Virus record (IMG/VR): IMGVR_UViG_3300045988_092126
Reading direction: 5' to 3' (one strand)
DNA from: a virus
DNA: 64,000 nucleotides
Numbering within the stretch: the stretch's first letter is position 1; the number at the start of each line of letters is the position of its first letter. The translations under genes were made by a program, and so were the position numbers. Under the pieces are notes generated by a model that was not told the DNA's origin, did no database searches, and was given only the letters and a program-made list of their open reading frames with translations. Shown here piece by piece: positions 61,449-64,000 of this stretch.

Positions 61449-61604
61449 ATGGGAGACAAAATATGCAAAACTTGCATTGAAAACGATAACGGGCTGTGTG
61501 ACCGCAAAGGCATCCTGATAGAGGAAGATGATACCTGTGAAAAGCACACAGAAAATTGGATGGACTCTTTAATGGAGAAATTCATTCGAAAATCAATGTG
61601 GTAA
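61449..61604 (+). CDS. Cys-rich mini-protein (51 aa)
   Basis: MGDKICKTCIENDNGLCDRKG..., read by eye. Confidence 0.4.
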   Translation: MGDKICKTCIENDNGLCDRKGILIEEDDTCEKHTENWMDSLMEKFIRKSMW

Positions 61605-61641
61605 GGGTGGAAACGCCCTTACTAGACGGGAAGGTGGCTAA

Positions 61642-62451
61642 ATGACAAAAGTGAGTTGGATTCGATTAGAAATAGATATGTTCGACAACAAGAAAATCCG
61701 GCATATCAGAAAACTTCCAGAGGGAAACAATATCGTGCTGATCTGGATGATGCTCCTGACAATGGCAGGGCGTTGTAATTCAAACGGAATTATTTTTCTG
61801 ACAGAGAATATTCCATATACAAACAAGATGCTGGCTGACGAGCTGGACTTTGACGAGAGCGTGATCGAACTTGCACTTACAATTCTTGAAAAGTTCGGCA
61901 TGATAACCAGAGACGGAACAATGCTTTCAATTCCCGGATGGGAAGAACACCAGAACATTGATGGACTTGAAAAAATCAGAGAGCAGACAAGAAAACGAGT
62001 TGCTGAGCATAGAAAGCGCCAGAAAGAATTGTCGGAAGAAGAGATTCCAGAACAAATTTCTTGCGAAAAAGATTTAGTCAAGCCCGGTGATGTGCAGAAA
62101 GTAGTCGATGAATGGAATAAGCTTCAGCAGTTCGGTATTCAGCCGATTGCAAGAATGACAGCAAGAAGAACGCAGATGTTGAAAGCAAGAATCCGTGAAT
62201 ACGGCATGGACAAGGTAATGGAAGCGTTGAAAAATGTACAAAACAGTGACTTCCTCATGGGAAAGAAAACTGATTTTATAATAAGCTTTGAATGGTTCGT
62301 GAAACCGAACAACTTCTTAAAAATACTCGAAAATAAATACCATAACAGGGAGGATATGCGAAATGGAACTGGCACAGCTCAAAGAAATGTCGAACCAATC
62401 ATCCCACTTGGAGAATGGAACGGAGAAGAATCAGACACCCCGTTCGCTTGA
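61642..62451 (+). CDS. Phage replisome organizer (DnaD-like N-terminus, conserved phage C-terminus)
   Basis: WIRLEIDMFDNKKIRHIRKLPEGNNIVLIWMMLL... and VVDEWNKLQQFGIQPIARMTARRTQMLKARI. Confidence 0.75.
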   Translation: MTKVSWIRLEIDMFDNKKIRHIRKLPEGNNIVLIWMMLLTMAGRCNSNGIIFLTENIPYTNKMLADELDFDESVIELALTILEKFGMITRDGTMLSIPGWEEHQNIDGLEKIREQTRKRVAEHRKRQKELSEEEIPEQISCEKDLVKPGDVQKVVDEWNKLQQFGIQPIARMTARRTQMLKARIREYGMDKVMEALKNVQNSDFLMGKKTDFIISFEWFVKPNNFLKILENKYHNREDMRNGTGTAQRNVEPIIPLGEWNGEESDTPFA

Positions 62452-63193
62452 ATGCCCTGAATGCGGGGACAGCGGGTGGAGATGGGTAAGAGATGCAAGT
62501 GGTATTCCTTATTGTGAGGAATGCCCTTGCGGAATCAGGAAGAAAACAATCCTTGAAAATCAATTGAAATTTGCAGAGCTTCCAAACGTGTTTAAAGACT
62601 CAAATTTTAACGATTTGAAGTCAAGTGTATATTTGAACGCCGAGAGTCGAAAAGTATTTTCTCAGGCAGCTCAGGCGGTAAATTATTGGTTTAAAAACCT
62701 TCCTGATATGCAGAAGAAAGGAATAGGATTATATCTTTTTTCAAATGCAAAAGGTTCTGGCAAAACCAAAACAGTATGCAGTTTGTCAAATGAGATCATG
62801 AAAAAATACCAGAAGCCTGTCAAATTCACCACGTCTCTCAGAATCCTTGATGAAATCAAGAACACATGGGGAGCCAAAGAGAACGCAGAGGGAAAGTTAA
62901 TAGAGGATTTGTCCAGAACAGAAGTCCTTATCATTGACGACTTCGGTGCCGATTCTGGCAAGGACTGGATTAATGAAAGATTCTATAGCATTATTAATGG
63001 ACGGTATGTCGATAGGAAAATTACTATATTCACAAGTAACTGCCAGATATCAGAATTGAAATACGATGAGAGGATCACAAATAGGATTCTGGAACGGTCG
63101 CTTGAAATTCCATTTCCGGAAGAATCCGTCAGGGAGCACATCGCGGAACATTTGAGAATGAAGATGATTCAAGGAATGGGAGTAGCAAAATGA
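62363..63193 (+). CDS. DnaC/IstB-like helicase loader ATPase with an N-terminal zinc finger
   Basis: CPECGDSGW...CEECPC, GLYLFSNAKGSGKT (Walker A), VLIIDDFG (Walker B). Confidence 0.75.
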   Translation: MELAQLKEMSNQSSHLENGTEKNQTPRSLECPECGDSGWRWVRDASGIPYCEECPCGIRKKTILENQLKFAELPNVFKDSNFNDLKSSVYLNAESRKVFSQAAQAVNYWFKNLPDMQKKGIGLYLFSNAKGSGKTKTVCSLSNEIMKKYQKPVKFTTSLRILDEIKNTWGAKENAEGKLIEDLSRTEVLIIDDFGADSGKDWINERFYSIINGRYVDRKITIFTSNCQISELKYDERITNRILERSLEIPFPEESVREHIAEHLRMKMIQGMGVAK

Positions 63194-63375
63194 GAATAAA
63201 AAGATGGAAAGAAATGTCAGAGAGGGAAGTAGTTGAGCTGAAACGTAATCAATGCATGAAATGCGTATATCTTTCTAAAAGCAGTCCGTCATCTATATCG
63301 AATGCTACCTGTGATTATATTCTTATTGTTGGTCATTCAAGAGGCTGTCCGCCTACGGAATGCGTACAGAAATGA
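63190..63375 (+). CDS. Cys-rich mini-protein
   Basis: 61 aa. Confidence 0.5.
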   Translation: MRIKRWKEMSEREVVELKRNQCMKCVYLSKSSPSSISNATCDYILIVGHSRGCPPTECVQK

Positions 63376-63415
63376 ATTTTAAAGCGTGGTAAGAGAAAAG
63401 GTGGAGAGAGTGAAT

Positions 63416-63598
63416 ATGGATTATGACATCACACCCGAAATGGTAGGAACGTGTGTAAACATCATCATGGATTACTGCAAAGCGACAGATAATAAATGTG
63501 AGAGCTGTGCGCTTCGAGTTACCTGCCAACACAGCTTTAAAATCCCGCCGTTTGCATGGAAGAGGGAAGAACATGAGAACAATAAGCGAAATGTATAA
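63416..63598 (+). CDS. Cys-containing mini-protein
   Basis: Internal ATG (MDYDITPEMVG...). Confidence 0.45.
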   Translation: MDYDITPEMVGTCVNIIMDYCKATDNKCESCALRVTCQHSFKIPPFAWKREEHENNKRNV

Positions 63599-63785
63599 GC
63601 GTTCTGGAGGAACAGCATATCAGCATAAATGCGCTGAATGCCGATTCTATAGGGACGGAAAGAGAGGAAAATGTCTGATGTACGGCGGTGATCGGGATTG
63701 GCATGGAAATTTCATTGCCTGTAAATTCTTTAATCTCGAAGATGATATGCCGGAAGGACAGATGAATATTTTTGATTATGTGTGA
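63573..63785 (+). CDS. Cys-rich mini-protein
   Basis: Internal ATG (MRTISEMYKRSGG...CAECRFY...). Confidence 0.5.
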   Translation: MRTISEMYKRSGGTAYQHKCAECRFYRDGKRGKCLMYGGDRDWHGNFIACKFFNLEDDMPEGQMNIFDYV

Positions 63786-63800
63786 AAGAAAGGAGGAACG

Positions 63801-63848
63801 AGGAACCGCTGGCCAGCGAAAGGATATCCCGGTTCCTCCTTATTTTTT
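63801..63848 (+). terminator. Intrinsic terminator
   Basis: AGGAACCG...CGGTTCCT followed by CCTTATTTTTT. Confidence 0.6.
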
Positions 63849-64000
63849 ATGAATAATGACGACTTGAAATATGCTATAGAGAATGGTATTATCGACTTAT
63901 CTCACATACAAGAAAACATAGAGATGAGCAAAAGAAGGGACATATTGGAACAATATGAAGCTAGTATTTGGGAGGCTTCGGACGGATATTGGAAAATCCG
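63849..64000 (+). CDS. Partial ORF running off the window
   Basis: MNNDDLKYAIENGIIDLSHIQENIEMSKRRDILEQYEASIWEASDGYWKI... There is no SD, so the start is uncertain. Confidence 0.3.
   Translation, partial: MNNDDLKYAIENGIIDLSHIQENIEMSKRRDILEQYEASIWEASDGYWKI

Noticed and set aside
1-64000. Prophage boundaries (attL/attR) or host genes at the window ends.
   Set aside because: Both ends continue in phage-type + strand small genes. No host-like genes or terminal direct repeats are visible, so integration status cannot be judged from this window.

Overview
The window reads as one continuous, almost fully coding stretch of a temperate siphovirus-type phage, or the interior of a prophage. No host flanks are visible. 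GGAGG-type ribosome binding sites, AT-rich codons and the gene content (XkdX, XhlA, LytTR, YopX, DUF551, Rha/Bro types) point to a low-GC Gram-positive, Clostridia-like host.

Layout:
- 0.2-6.9 kb: middle and accessory genes. These include a resolvase-like remnant, an RHH protein, a tRNA cluster at 2.17-3.2 kb, an antirepressor, zinc-ribbon mini-proteins and a LemA pair.
- 7.0-14.1 kb: packaging and head module (TerL, ArpU/RinA-like regulator, portal, SPP1 gp7-like protein, scaffold, capsid, connector).
- 14.1-23.8 kb: a 9.7 kb block that interrupts the neck genes. It carries an XhlA-like gene, small HTH regulators, compositionally extreme proteins, a Zn-peptidase, two tail-fibre genes (one fused to a tyrosine-phosphatase domain), an AbrB-like gene and a tyrosine recombinase.
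- 23.8-38.9 kb: neck, tail, tape measure and a 1670 aa Ig/LRR-decorated tail tip protein. A Rha gene and a holin-like gene are inserted here as morons.
- 38.9-39.5 kb: repeat-rich non-coding region.
- 39.5-40.9 kb: endolysin.
- 41.0-43.1 kb: minus-strand moron block with an orphan LytTR response regulator.
- 43.8-45.3 kb: immunity switch.
- 45.3-64 kb: early region. It holds an OB-fold protein, an SMC-like ATPase, RecT, an MBL gene split by 10 nt, a divergent RHH + GIY-YIG pair, MazG, a DnaD-like organizer, a DnaC-like loader and many small Cys-rich ORFs.

No CRISPR array, rRNA, reverse transcriptase or stop-codon recoding was seen.

Limits: all family names come from motif-level recognition by eye, and no database search was run. 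Coordinates of hand-read non-coding features may be off by 1-2 nt.
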